Notes under the pieces: model-generated
Told to the model about the DNA's origin: nothing
What the model saw: only the letters and a program-made list of their open reading frames with translations
The model's database searches: none
Assembly: GCA_028534125.1 (NCBI GenBank)
Contig: CM052817.1
Location: forward strand, 87,856,001-87,920,000
Source: Lama glama
Taxonomy: Eukaryota
DNA: 64,000 nucleotides
Direction: 5' to 3'
Shown: piece by piece, positions 13,437 through 25,349 of the stretch
Numbering within the stretch: the stretch's first letter is position 1
Layout of the letters: every line of letters starts with the position of its first letter
Program-made: the position numbers and the translations under genes

Positions 13437-13834
13437 TGTTCAGAGACATTAGAAGTGCTGACCTGAAACAAATAGACTGTCCGTTATTTCTACAGCAAAA
13501 ATGGGTTTATTTGGAATCAGCAGAGAATTGCGATTTGGGGACTGCAACCATGGTGAGTAATGTGCAAGTTCCATGCAAAAATGGAGAATTCTTACATAGA
13601 AGGAAAGAGGAAGTTGAGAGGGTGATAGTAAACAGACTCTGTTGGAGGAATTGAGAGTTCAAAGCATAGTGCCTTTTCATTGGTTGACTTGTGACAGTTT
13701 CTCATTGGCTGAGCTCTTTCCAGGCAAATAGAGGAAGTCTCATCCTGTTGGAGTCCACTATAGTAGGGTGAGAGCTCTTCCTTCTTGTCTCCTGGCTCTA
13801 TCCTATTGAGGTTTCTGTTTATTAATGTTTTACA
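13437..13834 (-). mobile_element. Probable solo ERV LTR, about 400 bp
   Basis: TG...CA ends, minus-strand AATAAA near 13506-13511 and two ATTGG boxes; no TSD found. Confidence 0.55.
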
Positions 13835-14169
13835 GAAGAAATCAACAAAGGGCATTATATTCCTTAGTTTCTAAAATTGTTCTTGCTTCTCATGAGAGGT
13901 AGATTAGGACTATCTGACACATATTTCAAGTAACTCTATAGACAGTGTTCTTTTACTACTGAAAATGGATTCATTATTATCTGTAAATCTAATCAGATAA
14001 GAGAGTCAATTCCAGAAACCCCAAAACTAGTTCAGAAAACTCATCCTCAATTCAGTTCCTCTAGAACCACTCTCATTAACAAAGCCATATTCATCCTAGG
14101 AGACAGTCTGCTTTTATCTAAAATGCCCTCATGATGCTTTTTTTTTTTTAAGTTCAACTTTACCTCTGC

Positions 14170-14350
14170 TTCCAGACACAAGCAATTGCTGATCTATTCT
14201 CTACCACCATTGTTTTGCTTTTTCCAGAGTGTTGTATGTGGAATTCTGCAGTATATAAGTCTTTGAATCTGACATCTTTCATCTAGCATAATGCTTTGAG
14301 ATCATCCATCTTTTTTGCTTCTGTAAATAGTTTGTTCCTTTTCAATAGTG
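14170..14350 (-). mobile_element. Old L1 3' UTR fragment
   Basis: ctgatctattctct...ttttgctttttccagagtg...tagcataatgctttgagatcatccat. Confidence 0.7.
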
Positions 14351-14479
14351 TGTTTCTTTCAAATTAAAGCCATTTGGCAATGAAGCCTCAGAAAGACAGT
14401 CTGCAGCCTCCTAGCTCTGCTTGGCATTAATGATCTTCACATAGAACCAAGTTCAGAAAGCTGGGACAAAATAGAAACA

Positions 14480-14660
14480 TAAATGATTCAATAGACTTAA
14501 AATAATTTAACTAGACAAGTATAACATGGTGTTACAAATATGAGTGCACTTTTATATATGTGGACAAATTATATGTATTCCAATCATCAGTAGGTTCATA
14601 TAATTCAGTGACTTGTATCAGCAGCCAAAAAAAGGTAATAGCTTTAGGCTGTATTATTTT
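14480..14660 (+). mobile_element. L3/CR1 fragment
   Basis: cagcagccaaaaaaaggtaatagctttaggctgtatta resembles the CR1 ORF2 3' motif. Confidence 0.45.
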
Positions 14661-15839
14661 GAACAAGGTGGCTGATAGAACTTTTTTTTAATTCTTTTGC
14701 CACAATTAAAGGAGAGTATTTAGAAGACAAGACCCAGGATTTCAAACAGATTCAAAACTTGTTAAATAAAATAAAATTATACTAAAAATCTCCAACCCCA
14801 CAATAACAGCTAAAAACCTGAGAATAGGATTAGCACATTTATGGGATAACTTGGAAATCTCTTTTTGCTCTGTGAAACTATAGTTCTAAATTGAGTCTTA
14901 CAGTCAAATTGTTTTGAACATGGAATGTTTCTTTAATAGCATTTACTCAGTTCACATTTTATATGAGCCCAGTGAGGAACAGATTACCAGGTACCTGTTC
15001 AACATCAGTGAAAAAGAAGGACATTGCTTTTTGAGGAAAATTATTTACCTTCAAGTTGGACACAACTGCCACACTGTAACTCTGTGGGATCCAAGACAAC
15101 TTTTGTAAACTCATGTATAAACTGGTATTATGGCAACATCTTTTCCAAATACAAAAAGTAGGAATGAAAATTTCTCATAAATAAGTAACAGTACTATCAT
15201 GAGGTTAATGAAACAACAGGGATGATCTTGCACAGCTAATTGGTTTGGGTCCCCAGGCATCCTTCCATTCAACTCAAATGCATTCCAGTCCTGCTTGGTG
15301 TTGGGCATATCCTGGTTATGCTATCTGCTTTTTTTTTTTTTTTGGCTTAATACATATGGGGTATAATACTGTGCTCTGCTTTGATTGGGGCTTCCATGGC
15401 AGTGGCAGTAATTCCAGGAATGTCTCAGCTGATTTATGAGTATTTATGGGACACTCCACTGGTAAGTTAGGCTGAAGGAAAACTAAACAACAAGGAATTC
15501 ACCCACTGGCTCCTTAATTCCCAAAAGGGTGCCTAGCCTTCCCTCTCCTTCTATACAAAATGAGAACTGTGTTCTACCCTCATTATTAAAGGGGACAGGT
15601 TATTAACAGAGTAGTGCTGCTACAGTTGGACTGTGTTCGAATTTCTCTAGGTTTTAAGGTATAATATTAACAAATCATAAATAGGGGCACACTATTTTTC
15701 AGTTTTTGAGGAGTTAATAAAATAAGGCCCATTAGTTTGTAAAGCAATGTCCACAAAATAGTATATAATAAAGACTTTAGTTTCTTAATATAATAGCCAA
15801 AACTTACTGAGAACATAGTAGAAGCCAGATATTTTCCAA

Positions 15840-16000
15840 AGTACTTTAACATTTTAGTTCATTTAATCATTATAAAAAATCTGTGATGGAGGTATTATTA
15901 TCCCCATTTGAGAAGCAGGAATAAGGAAGAAAGAGAATGAATATTTCTCTAAGACCATCTAGGCAAATAAATTTGAGATCAGGAACTTCAATATGGGACT
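15840..16000 (-). mobile_element. MIR SINE fragment
   Basis: tcatttaatc...ggtattattatccccattt is the reverse MIR core. Confidence 0.6.
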
Positions 16001-16287
16001 TCACTCTTACTAGCTGTGAAGACAGGGTGAGCACACACGTATGTAAAAAGGGCTTTCATGCAGAGAAGGGATTAGGTTACTTCTGTGAACTCAAAGTGAG
16101 ACTGGAGTTGATTGTTGTGGTGGTGAACAGCGGGCATACTTATGAACAATAAGTGAAATTTACTGGAAGGCATTTTGACTCAAGAAGTTGTTTTCTAACA
16201 TTTTTAACAGTGAAGTTTTTGTCGAGCAGAACATGCACTAGTTACCGATCCAAGCAGAGGACTCTAAACACTCTGCCCAACAAATCT

Positions 16288-16681
16288 TGGTATTAGATCC
16301 ACCAGGGATAACACCTGCAGTCAAGCACTGCATGGAACAACGCTTTACTTACAAAGAGAGGAGACAGATCAAGATCAGCTTCAATAGTGAGCCTCATTTC
16401 CTCATGGCCAGCGCGTCTCTTGTGATAGCCATTGCAGAGCAAGTTGCACCACTCTTACGCTGCAGTGAAAGGAACCTTGCCAAGGACAGATACAGCAGTG
16501 GGTCTGGTCAGGTGCCATATGATGCACATGCTTTAAGCAGCAACAAAAGAGCACTCATTTGGCCTAAAACAGGGGAAAATATTGCCACACAAGGTGATAA
16601 GCCTAGCACAGGTCCTAGGCCCATTCTTGTGCAGCTGAATGTGGATAGAAGTCCAGCTCACACATGAGACTGTCTTTCCCA
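16288..16681 (-). mobile_element. Solo ERV1-type LTR, 394 bp
   Basis: TG at 16288 and CA at 16680-16681; 4-bp TSD ATCT at 16284-16287 and 16682-16685; GC-richer than flanks. Confidence 0.75.
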
Positions 16682-17199
16682 ATCTTTTATTTTTTTAATA
16701 GTTTTGTTAGTAACATAATTATTAAAATTGTCTCAGAAGGTCATGTGTTATTGGGCTTATTAGAGCCCATAGTAAGTGGCTTAGAGGCAGAGATATTTTA
16801 GAAGAGATTCCAGAATTTGCATTAATAAATGGTAAAACCCCTTCTAATTCTGACATTCAAAAGCTTGCATGTAGAGACTGAAAATCATACAGTTTTCATT
16901 TTAAAAACAGCTGAGATTCAGAAGTAAATGATTTTGTAATGACTGTAAGTTATTGTATGTGTATATGTGCATAGATGTCCAAATAACATAATAGTGTGTG
17001 TATGCATGCGTGTGTGCATTTTTTAACAAAAGGAGAAACTTGTTCTAATTTTCATTGAGAAACTTGTTCTCATTGTGGTACCTTAATAATAACATATTCT
17101 TCTATTTTTAAAAATGAGCTATTAGCAGTTATCTTTCATTTAAACTTGATGGTGACTGTGGGAATTTGCAGTATGTTTCCTCTAAAATATCCATCTCTT

Positions 17200-17495
17200 T
17201 TACCTACTTGACAAGCCCTTATCTGTCATTCAAGAGTGAAGTAAAATGTCTCGTATTTCTTGAAGCCTTCCACGACTCTCTTCTTAATCTCCAGGTAAAG
17301 ATATTCAATATTTTTATCTTGCCCCCCAATTCATTTTATATTTCTTTTATTAAATTGATATTTCGTATTTTTACATTAAACTATGAGATTCAAAGAGACA
17401 AAAACAGATCTCTTTTACATTTGCTAACAATGGCACCTAGCATGGTGCCCAGAATTTTAAAATCCACATAAGTTTGTTCGGTAAATGAACTAATA
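17200..17495 (+). mobile_element. L2 3' end
   Basis: gcacctagcatggtgcccag...tttgttcggtaaatgaa matches the L2 terminus. Confidence 0.65.
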
Positions 17496-18494
17496 ATGAA
17501 ACAAAGTGATAACCCAATACATATTTCTTTCCTTGCATCATTTACTCCATACTTATGCTTAAAATGCCAGCTTTGGATCATGATGTTTCCATTTTATACT
17601 TTCTGCTAACATCTACATTAATTTTTAGTCCCATATTTTGAGATACAAATTCCCTAGATTTTTTTCTTGTTCTCTCTACTTGTGGCGTTTATACTACATC
17701 GCCAGCTATCACATTTCTGACCCAAGTCCTGAGATTGCACAATCCAAGGGTTTACACCTAAAGTGAGAAATTGCCTGTTGTATCTCTGTTTACACCATTT
17801 TCCATAATGGGGCTACTATTAATTATCATAATGATGATTTTGAACATAAATGGAGATTATATTGCTGAACATATTTTAGAATCTTTTTCTCTGTTGATTT
17901 CTGAGGGTGAGCATCTGGTGTATTGTTCTTCTGCTTTGGCTATCATGTTATTTAAAGGGCTCTGTGGCATAAGGGTGGGAGGGCAATTCAGAATTTCTTT
18001 CAGTCCATTTCCCACAAATATTATCACCATATGCAGACTGTGTATTAGATAAGGCAAGTTAGTCATGTAGTGAATTATAACAAGCAAGCTGATAGACATT
18101 CTGACACCAAGAGAAAGTAGGAAATAAAATAGCTGAAAAAAAGCTAACTGGTATTTGGTACCTATTTTTAAAACAATGTAAAAAAAGTCATCAACTATAT
18201 TTTAAATTGTATTGCTTAAAACAAATACTATAATACTGTTTATTGAAGTATTAGATTTTATACATTTAAATCCTTTTATCACTTCATATACATTATTATC
18301 ATATTGTGCACTCAGAATTGACAACCTTTTATCTTGAGATACACCTATTTTAGCCTGCTAAAAACCTACATTCCAAAAATGGAAATTTAAAAAGATAAGT
18401 TTTTAATACATAATCTCACAAAATACAGTTTTACGCCTGAAAATGTGCAGAATTAATTGATTTATTGTTATAATAAAATAAATTTCAATATCTA

Positions 18495-19125
18495 ATTCAA
18501 CAAACATTAATAAAGCAAATAGTTTCAAGACATCATGTTAGACACTGAAGATCCGAAGGTAAATGTGTATGTTTGCTCTCAATATGCTTTCAAAATACTA
18601 AACGAATGAAAACAAATTCAGTATATTTAATATAACAGATTTGTTCTAAGCAAAGTAAATATAAGTGCAATGGGAAAATTTAAAATATTGCGATTGCTTT
18701 AGGATAGAGAAATGAAGTTATAGTTTAAGAAATATGTCACATTTGAGCTTGAGCAGTTGAAAAATGGAAAAAAAATAGGACTTCCCATCAGTGTTGTGAA
18801 TTTGCATGGAGTATGTAGGGAATATCAAATTGCCCAGTGTAATTGGAGTATTGCTTGAGAGATGGTAAACAGATTATAAAGAGTTATTGTCATAATTAGA
18901 AATCCAAACTTTTGGGAGCTTCTAGGGGCTTATTCTGAACTGGGTAATAAGATCTGAGTCTACTTTAGAAGAATCATTTTGGTGACCATATATAGGATGG
19001 CCTTGGTTAGAGGGAAGGGATGGTGACCTTGAGGGCAAGCATACTGTAAGAACATAATCTAGCAGATCAGAGCTGAAAGAGTAAGAACCTAACAGCACAG
19101 TGCTAGTGCAATGGAAAGGAGGTCA
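18495..19125 (-). mobile_element. L2 fragment
   Basis: Begins attcaacaaacatt (reverse L2 3' end), then purine-rich L2 motifs (ttttagaagaatcattttgg-like). Confidence 0.55.
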
Positions 19126-19369
19126 CAGATTTGAACAGAACTTTCTGGTCCTCAGAATGTTTAATAGCATGAATCAATCCTTCACATGACAATTGGAATT
19201 TTTTGCTGTTATCTTGTTTTTCAACTTTCATAGTATTATGATAATGCCTAGCATGAAATAAAATGAAACCTTGCATTTTATGGCTTCTGCTTCTCTTACT
19301 TAATCTCAATTACAAAAGGTCCAAGGATCCTAGCCTGGGCCTGATTGGACCATATCTTTCCCATTCTAG

Positions 19370-19740
19370 GACTTCTAGCATATTGGCCTGTCTTGAGAGC
19401 TCCAAACCCCACCTTCTCTCCTCGGAGTCTCTTTCTCATACCTTCACATATTTTCTTACATGTTGCTTTTTCAGAGGTTTCTTTCTCATTCAATAAATGT
19501 AAATGTCTCATACTCAGAAAGATCTCATTTTGTTTTTTCTTAATATTTACCCTAATTTAAAACTATTCTTGTTTATGGTTGCTTTAGTAATATCCATCTC
19601 CCTCACTGGACTTCATTACACGTTAGGATAGAGTCCATATTGGCCTTGTGCATCCAGAATCTAGCTCTACAGTTAACAAATATTAAATAAACATTAAATA
19701 AATATTGCATAAATTGTAAATGAATCAATAAATGAGATAC
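19370..19740 (+). mobile_element. L2 3' fragment
   Basis: ccatctccctcactgg...catccagaatctagc...aaatgaatcaataaatga. Confidence 0.5.
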
Positions 19741-19995
19741 TGAAATAGCATGAGGAATGCACTGGGGAAAAGAATGTATTTTGTTCTGAATATTTAGACT
19801 ATGAGACGCTTACATCCTCAGTATTTTCGGGATTGTCCTAATCAGCCCACCATGATCTGAGTATTTACTTGTAGGCAAACCAAAAGCACTATATACCAGT
19901 TTTTATTTTATCCTCACAATGTTGAAAAAATAAGATTTAGAGATTAAGTAATGATTCTAAAATCAAAAAACTAGAAAGTGAAAGATTGTAATTTA

Positions 19996-20195
19996 TAATA
20001 TATTTTTATTGAAGTATAGTCAGTTTACAATATTGTGTCAATTTCTGGTGTACAGCACAATACTTCAGTCATATAGGAACATACATATATTCATTTTATA
20101 TTCTTTTTAATCATAAGTTACTATAAGATATTGAATATAGTTCCCTGTACTATACAGTATAAACTTGTTGTTTATCTATTTTATATGTAGTAGTT
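19996..20195 (-). mobile_element. Short 5'-truncated lineage-specific L1 3' end, inserted in a MIR
   Basis: tttttattgaagtatagtcagtttacaat... is an L1 3' UTR; 14-bp TSD aagattgtaattta at 19982-19995 and 20196-20209. Confidence 0.9.
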
Positions 20196-20552
20196 AAGAT
20201 TGTAATTTAAATTCAGGTTTTTCTAACTCAAAAATCCACTCTCTCTACTGCTATGATATAGTGTTAGAGTTGTAAGACAATCTAAACCTATAAAATGTAT
20301 TGATTTTGAAATTATACAAACTAGAGAAGACACAAAAATTGCTAGCAATGCAGAGCAAAAGATTAATTTATAGGTAACATTTATACCAAATATATAATAA
20401 TTTTTATTATAAAAGTAATATGTGAATTAATGGCAATGGGTAGAAACAAAACTCAAACAATTGGATATGTATACAAAGTTCTCACATTTCTCTCTCCTAC
20501 ATAAGTAACTGTGGTTAAATTTTAGTGTATACAGTTGTGGATATGTGTAGAT

Positions 20553-20850
20553 GAAAGAAAGAAAGAAAAAGAAAGGAAGGAAGGAAGAAAGGAAAGAAAG
20601 AAAAGAAAAAGAAAGAAAAAGAAAGAAAGAAAGAAAGGAAGGAAGGAAGAAAGAAAGAAAAGAGAGAGGGAGGGAGGGAAGAAGGACGGAAGGAACGAAG
20701 GAACGAAGGAAGGAAAAAAAGTGGGGAGGGGAGGGAAGGAAAGGAAAGGAAGGAAGGGAAAGAAAGGGAGGAGGGAGAGAAAGGGAGGAGGGAGGGAGAG
20801 AAAAAGAAAGAGAAAGGAAGGAAGGGAGGAAGGAAGGAAGGACGGAAAAG
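20553..20850 (+). repeat. Polypurine (GAAA/GGAA/GGGA)n low-complexity tract
   Basis: About 300 nt almost entirely A/G. Confidence 0.97.
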
Positions 20851-21402
20851 TCCCACTCACCACTAGCTTGATCTTTTACCTTTATTGTTAGGTTTCCCAA
20901 TTCCTTTGTGTTTTATCCTCATTATCTCTTCATATTATATGTGTATGAGATATTGAAGAGAAATAGAGCTCACATATATAATGCATGTTTTCTGAAATTT
21001 TTTGTTTAAATTGTTCCTATTTTAACTGCAATACGGATATATATGTATGCATAAATTTGTGTATATGTGTGTTTGTAACTCTATTAGCAAGATCTACATA
21101 ATATTTTTCTTTATCTAGTGATTTCCTTTACAGTTAAGTGCCTAGAGCTTCCATTTTTTACACAAAATACAATTTATTTTCCATGTTTTCACCTCAAACT
21201 TCTCAAAAATAACTTACATATTATTGCAATTATCTAAAATATTAATTCCAATTTTACAATATTATATTTATTTTAAGACTTCTCAGAGTTAATTCACTTA
21301 GCTATAAATTTTGTGTGTCTCTCTACTCAACCATGTTATCTTCCTGGTATTTGGAGTTATTTCTCATATTGCTTAAGAATAGTAATATATAATTCTGTCA
21401 GG

Positions 21403-21902
21403 NNNNNNNNNNNNNNNNNNNNNNNNNNNNNNNNNNNNNNNNNNNNNNNNNNNNNNNNNNNNNNNNNNNNNNNNNNNNNNNNNNNNNNNNNNNNNNNNNN
21501 NNNNNNNNNNNNNNNNNNNNNNNNNNNNNNNNNNNNNNNNNNNNNNNNNNNNNNNNNNNNNNNNNNNNNNNNNNNNNNNNNNNNNNNNNNNNNNNNNNNN
21601 NNNNNNNNNNNNNNNNNNNNNNNNNNNNNNNNNNNNNNNNNNNNNNNNNNNNNNNNNNNNNNNNNNNNNNNNNNNNNNNNNNNNNNNNNNNNNNNNNNNN
21701 NNNNNNNNNNNNNNNNNNNNNNNNNNNNNNNNNNNNNNNNNNNNNNNNNNNNNNNNNNNNNNNNNNNNNNNNNNNNNNNNNNNNNNNNNNNNNNNNNNNN
21801 NNNNNNNNNNNNNNNNNNNNNNNNNNNNNNNNNNNNNNNNNNNNNNNNNNNNNNNNNNNNNNNNNNNNNNNNNNNNNNNNNNNNNNNNNNNNNNNNNNNN
21901 NN
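21403..21902. other. Assembly gap (500 N)
   Basis: Run of exactly 500 N. Confidence 1.
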
Positions 21903-22418
21903 CAGGTTGTTCTGTCCTGTACACCCACAGCCCCGGCGCCCAGCCCCTTGCAGTCCCCTGGAGCTGCCTCCGTGTAGCCGCCCCGATCCTCCGCCTGGCT
22001 CTGCCTGCCGCTGCCGGCCCCGCGTCTCAGGCTGGGTGTCGGAGGACGCTCTGTGCCCGTTTAACTTAGTTCTGTCAGACAAGGGCTGCTCTGTACAGAT
22101 CCGAGCCTTGGAGGCTCCCCCTCCGTCCCGCTGGCATGTCAATTGGAGAGGGGAGACCCAGCGAGCAAGCGCCAGTACTCCTTTGCCGCTCCCTCCCCGC
22201 GGGACCCGACCCGCGCTGCTTTGCCTTTTGTTCTTTCTTTTTTCCTTTTCTCCTACCAGATTTTTGGCGTCTTTATCTTTTGAAGAGGGCGATGATCTGT
22301 TGGAGTTCCGCAGGTGCTCTGGTTGGCTGAGTGGGTCTGTAGATGAGGGTCTTGGTGTATTTGTGGGAGAGGGTGACTTACAAGCGTCCTTCTACTCCGC
22401 CATCTTGCCCGGAAGTCC
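21903..22418 (-). mobile_element. 5' UTR and internal promoter of a young L1
   Basis: Minus strand starts GGACTTCCGGGCAAGATGGCGGAGTAGAAGGACG, the typical L1 5' end; CpG-rich; runs into the gap. Confidence 0.85.
22397..22416 (-). promoter_or_regulatory. YY1 motif (AAGATGGCGG) and adjacent ETS motif (CCGGAAGT) at the L1 5' end
   Basis: ccgccatctt at 22397-22406 and ccggaagt at 22409-22416; a 5' YY1 site is a known feature of L1 promoters. Confidence 0.7.
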
Positions 22419-22535
22419 ATGTATACGTGTTATTAAACTTTGATTTTCTCCTGTTCATCTGTCTCATGTCAACTTAATTATTAAACTAGCCAGAGAATCT
22501 AGAAAAACAGAAGGAAAAAAAAATCCTGCCCAACA
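22419..22535 (+). mobile_element. 3' end of an ERV1-type LTR (MER34-like) abutting the L1
   Basis: attaaactttgattttctcctgttcatctgtc...gaatctagaa...cctgcccaaca resembles R/U5 and ends in CA. Confidence 0.5.
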
Positions 22536-22599
22536 ATATATAACATAAAATATATTTTTAAAATAACAGAACATTTAAGGGGTAGTACTTAGTTAACTT

Positions 22600-24150
22600 G
22601 AATAAAGAAAGGACAGAGGAACAAAAATGCATAGTAGAAAGAAAACAAATATCAATATGGTGGACATAAATATAATTTTTTCAATAATTATATTAAAGTT
22701 ATACTCAATACAGTTGATTAAATAAATGGTAAAAGTCTATTAAAAAGCACATAATTAAAAGGCAGAAGTGGTCAGACTGGATACAAATGCAACGTCCAAC
22801 TATATGCTGGGTACAAGATTCACACTTGAAAGTGAGGGAAAATAAAAATATTCTGTAACTGGTAAGCACAAGAAAGCTGGTGAGGTTTCATTAATATTAA
22901 AAATTGAATCTCAATGCAAAGAGCATCACAGAGACATAGAAGAACATTGCATAATGAGAAAGTGTAGACTTTTCAGGAAGACATGACAATCAGAACTACA
23001 TATGTACTTAAAAACAGACCTTCAAAATATAGAAAGCAATCAGGGAACAGAACTAAAGAGCAAATTAGACCAATCCAAAATTATAGCTAAGGACTTTATT
23101 ATAGTTTTTTAATAGCCATCCATGTTGTTTTGTGTAGCTAATAATGATCTTAGGATATAAGAATCATTATTAATAAAATAAAAAATGATGAATTAGACTT
23201 AAAAAAAATTTAGGACTCCTCAACAGACGACACTGTTAAGAAAATAAAAACACAAGACTCAGGGTGGGAAAAAGTACCAGTGTTGTTTATGTCTGGCAAG
23301 GCTTCAGCACCAATATATATAAAACTCCTACAAATGACTAATACAAATACAAATAATATGCAAAAAAAGTAGCCACTTCAGAAAAGCATAGAAATGCCCA
23401 ATAAAGACATAAATGTGTTCAAAATTAGTAGTTAATGAGGAAATGCCAGTCATTTCTAAAACAGCTAAAATCAAAGAGACTGAAAATAGAAATGTCAACG
23501 AGGATGCAGAACAACTGAAGCTCTTCTGTAGTGTAGGTGAAAGTGTAAGGTGGAAAACTATTTTGGTATGTATGTGTAGCATTTACCTGTAAAGTTACCT
23601 ACTGTATATAACCCAGCAATTCCACATCTAGATATCTATTAAGTAAAAACATATGTATCCCCCTTAAACATTTTGTCCAGTAGTAATATTTAGAGTGATT
23701 TTCTCATAATAGATAAAGACCAGAAACAACCCAAATGCCTATCAACAGGTTTATGAATAATCAATGGTGCTCAGCCGTAAGAAGGAACAACCTATCAATA
23801 CAAAGAAATGAATAAATTTCTTACAATTTTGTTGAGCAAATGAAATGACAAAATAATATATATATGAATCCATAATATTCAGAATATTAATAATGTATGA
23901 ATATACATTAATATATAATATACATGAAGTTTTTAGAACAAGCAAGGTGAAGATATAGTGATTTAATTCAGATTGGTGGTTGTCTGGAGTTAGTGATGAA
24001 TCATAGTGCTGCATGAGAAGAACTTTCTGAGACGATAAAAGTGTTCTCTATTTTGTTTTAGGTGGTAGTTAACTCAGTGTATGTTTGTTGAAAATTAAAT
24101 GGTAGACTTAAAGTATAGGCATTTTATTGCATGTCAATTATAATTAAAAT
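22600..24150 (+). mobile_element. Old, internally deleted L1M (ORF2 start, 3' ORF2 and UTR)
   Basis: aaaggcagaag..tcagactggat..ccaactatatgctg (endonuclease region), then acccagcaattccac and gaaacaacccaaatgcctatcaacagg. Confidence 0.75.
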
Positions 24151-24427
24151 TTATTTAGAATAAAACAAAACTGTAAACCCAGGAGACTGAATATCAACAG
24201 GCTAAAGTAAAACAAAATAGTATAAATAAAATAGATTAAAATGCAGAAAGTCTAAGAGTATAAAATAAAAATTTAATATTTTATTATTAAATCTACTAAC
24301 ATAAAAATTATTATTTAAGTTTATAAAAATGACCTCTTATTTCTGTTTTGTTTATGTGAGGTTTCCTCTTAGAGTATATCCTTTTTCCAGAAAACTGCCT
24401 TCATATTTTTTCTCTGTGCCATTTCCA

Positions 24428-24485
24428 TATTGTATACATCTTTATAAAATGGACGTTATTGTATACATCTTTATAAAATGGAAGT
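24428..24485 (+). repeat. 29-bp tandem duplication (2 copies, 1 mismatch)
   Basis: tattgtatacatctttataaaatgga(c/a)gt twice. Confidence 0.95.
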
Positions 24486-24639
24486 TGTTACCAGAGGCTT
24501 TATGATCCAGCACTGTGATTTCAGGCAGGGCTACAAACTGAGCCACTGAAACAGGTGGTTGTCTGTCTTATTCTTACTGATATTCAGAGAAACAAATTAT
24601 ATAAATTCCCTTGGTAGTACACTTTTCTGTTTAAACAAC

Positions 24640-24840
24640 CGTTAATGTTAATAAGCTGTTTCTTACAACTAACCTGAAACTCCCTTTCTCAAACATGTTT
24701 CAAATGCTCTTGTTTTATTCTCAGTAAAGCAAGAGAACAGGTGGCCAGTATCTTCCTTTGAAATACTATTCATACATTTGAAGACAGTTGCTAACAAGAC
24801 CCCTTATTTGATCTTAAATTTAATCATCCCAATTCACATA
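24640..24840 (-). mobile_element. L3/CR1 fragment
   Basis: taacctgaaactccc...cttgttttattctc...ttcatacatttgaagacagtt matches the reverse CR1 3' region. Confidence 0.5.
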
Positions 24841-25349
24841 ATGGAAAAGATGGATGTTATCTCAAGTTCGTCTAGTCTAGTCCCTAACAGTTTAAGGCTT
24901 GGAAATGTATCCTGTGTGACGTTCAATTAATATAAATGTTTATGTCAGCAAATATGTTAATATTTGTAACTAATGCGTTTTTGATACTTAGGATTATTTA
25001 TTCCCATATTAATATCTTAGAGTAATTCAATGATGAAAGAAGTCTATTTAAATTTGCTTATCCAGATATTTTCAAACGTCCTCTTTTACTACTCTCCCTT
25101 TTACTGTGACTCACTAATTAATATTCATCAATACAGAACACTATACATATGACATTCTAATTTTTGTCACATTTCTTTAAAGATTAAGAAAACTAAAGTA
25201 TCTCAAAACAATAACAATTACATAGCTCTTTAAATGTAAAATTTATATATATTTGGGAAATACACTGCTTTATAGATATATCTGTAGAATAATAATCTTA
25301 AGAATAACCAGAAACATTGAACAAATACGTAAAAATAATGTTTCACATC

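Noticed and set aside
20427..20900. Five overlapping ORFs of 106-157 aa (K/E/R-rich or F/S/L-rich)
   Set aside because: Translations of the stop-free GAAA/GGAA tract.
21903..22418. CpG island as a host gene promoter
   Set aside because: The sharp end at GGACTTCCGGGCAAGATGGCGG and the following sequence fit an L1 5' UTR better.
21313..22443. Long ORFs of 176-376 aa
   Set aside because: Created by the N gap plus the GC-rich L1 5' UTR.
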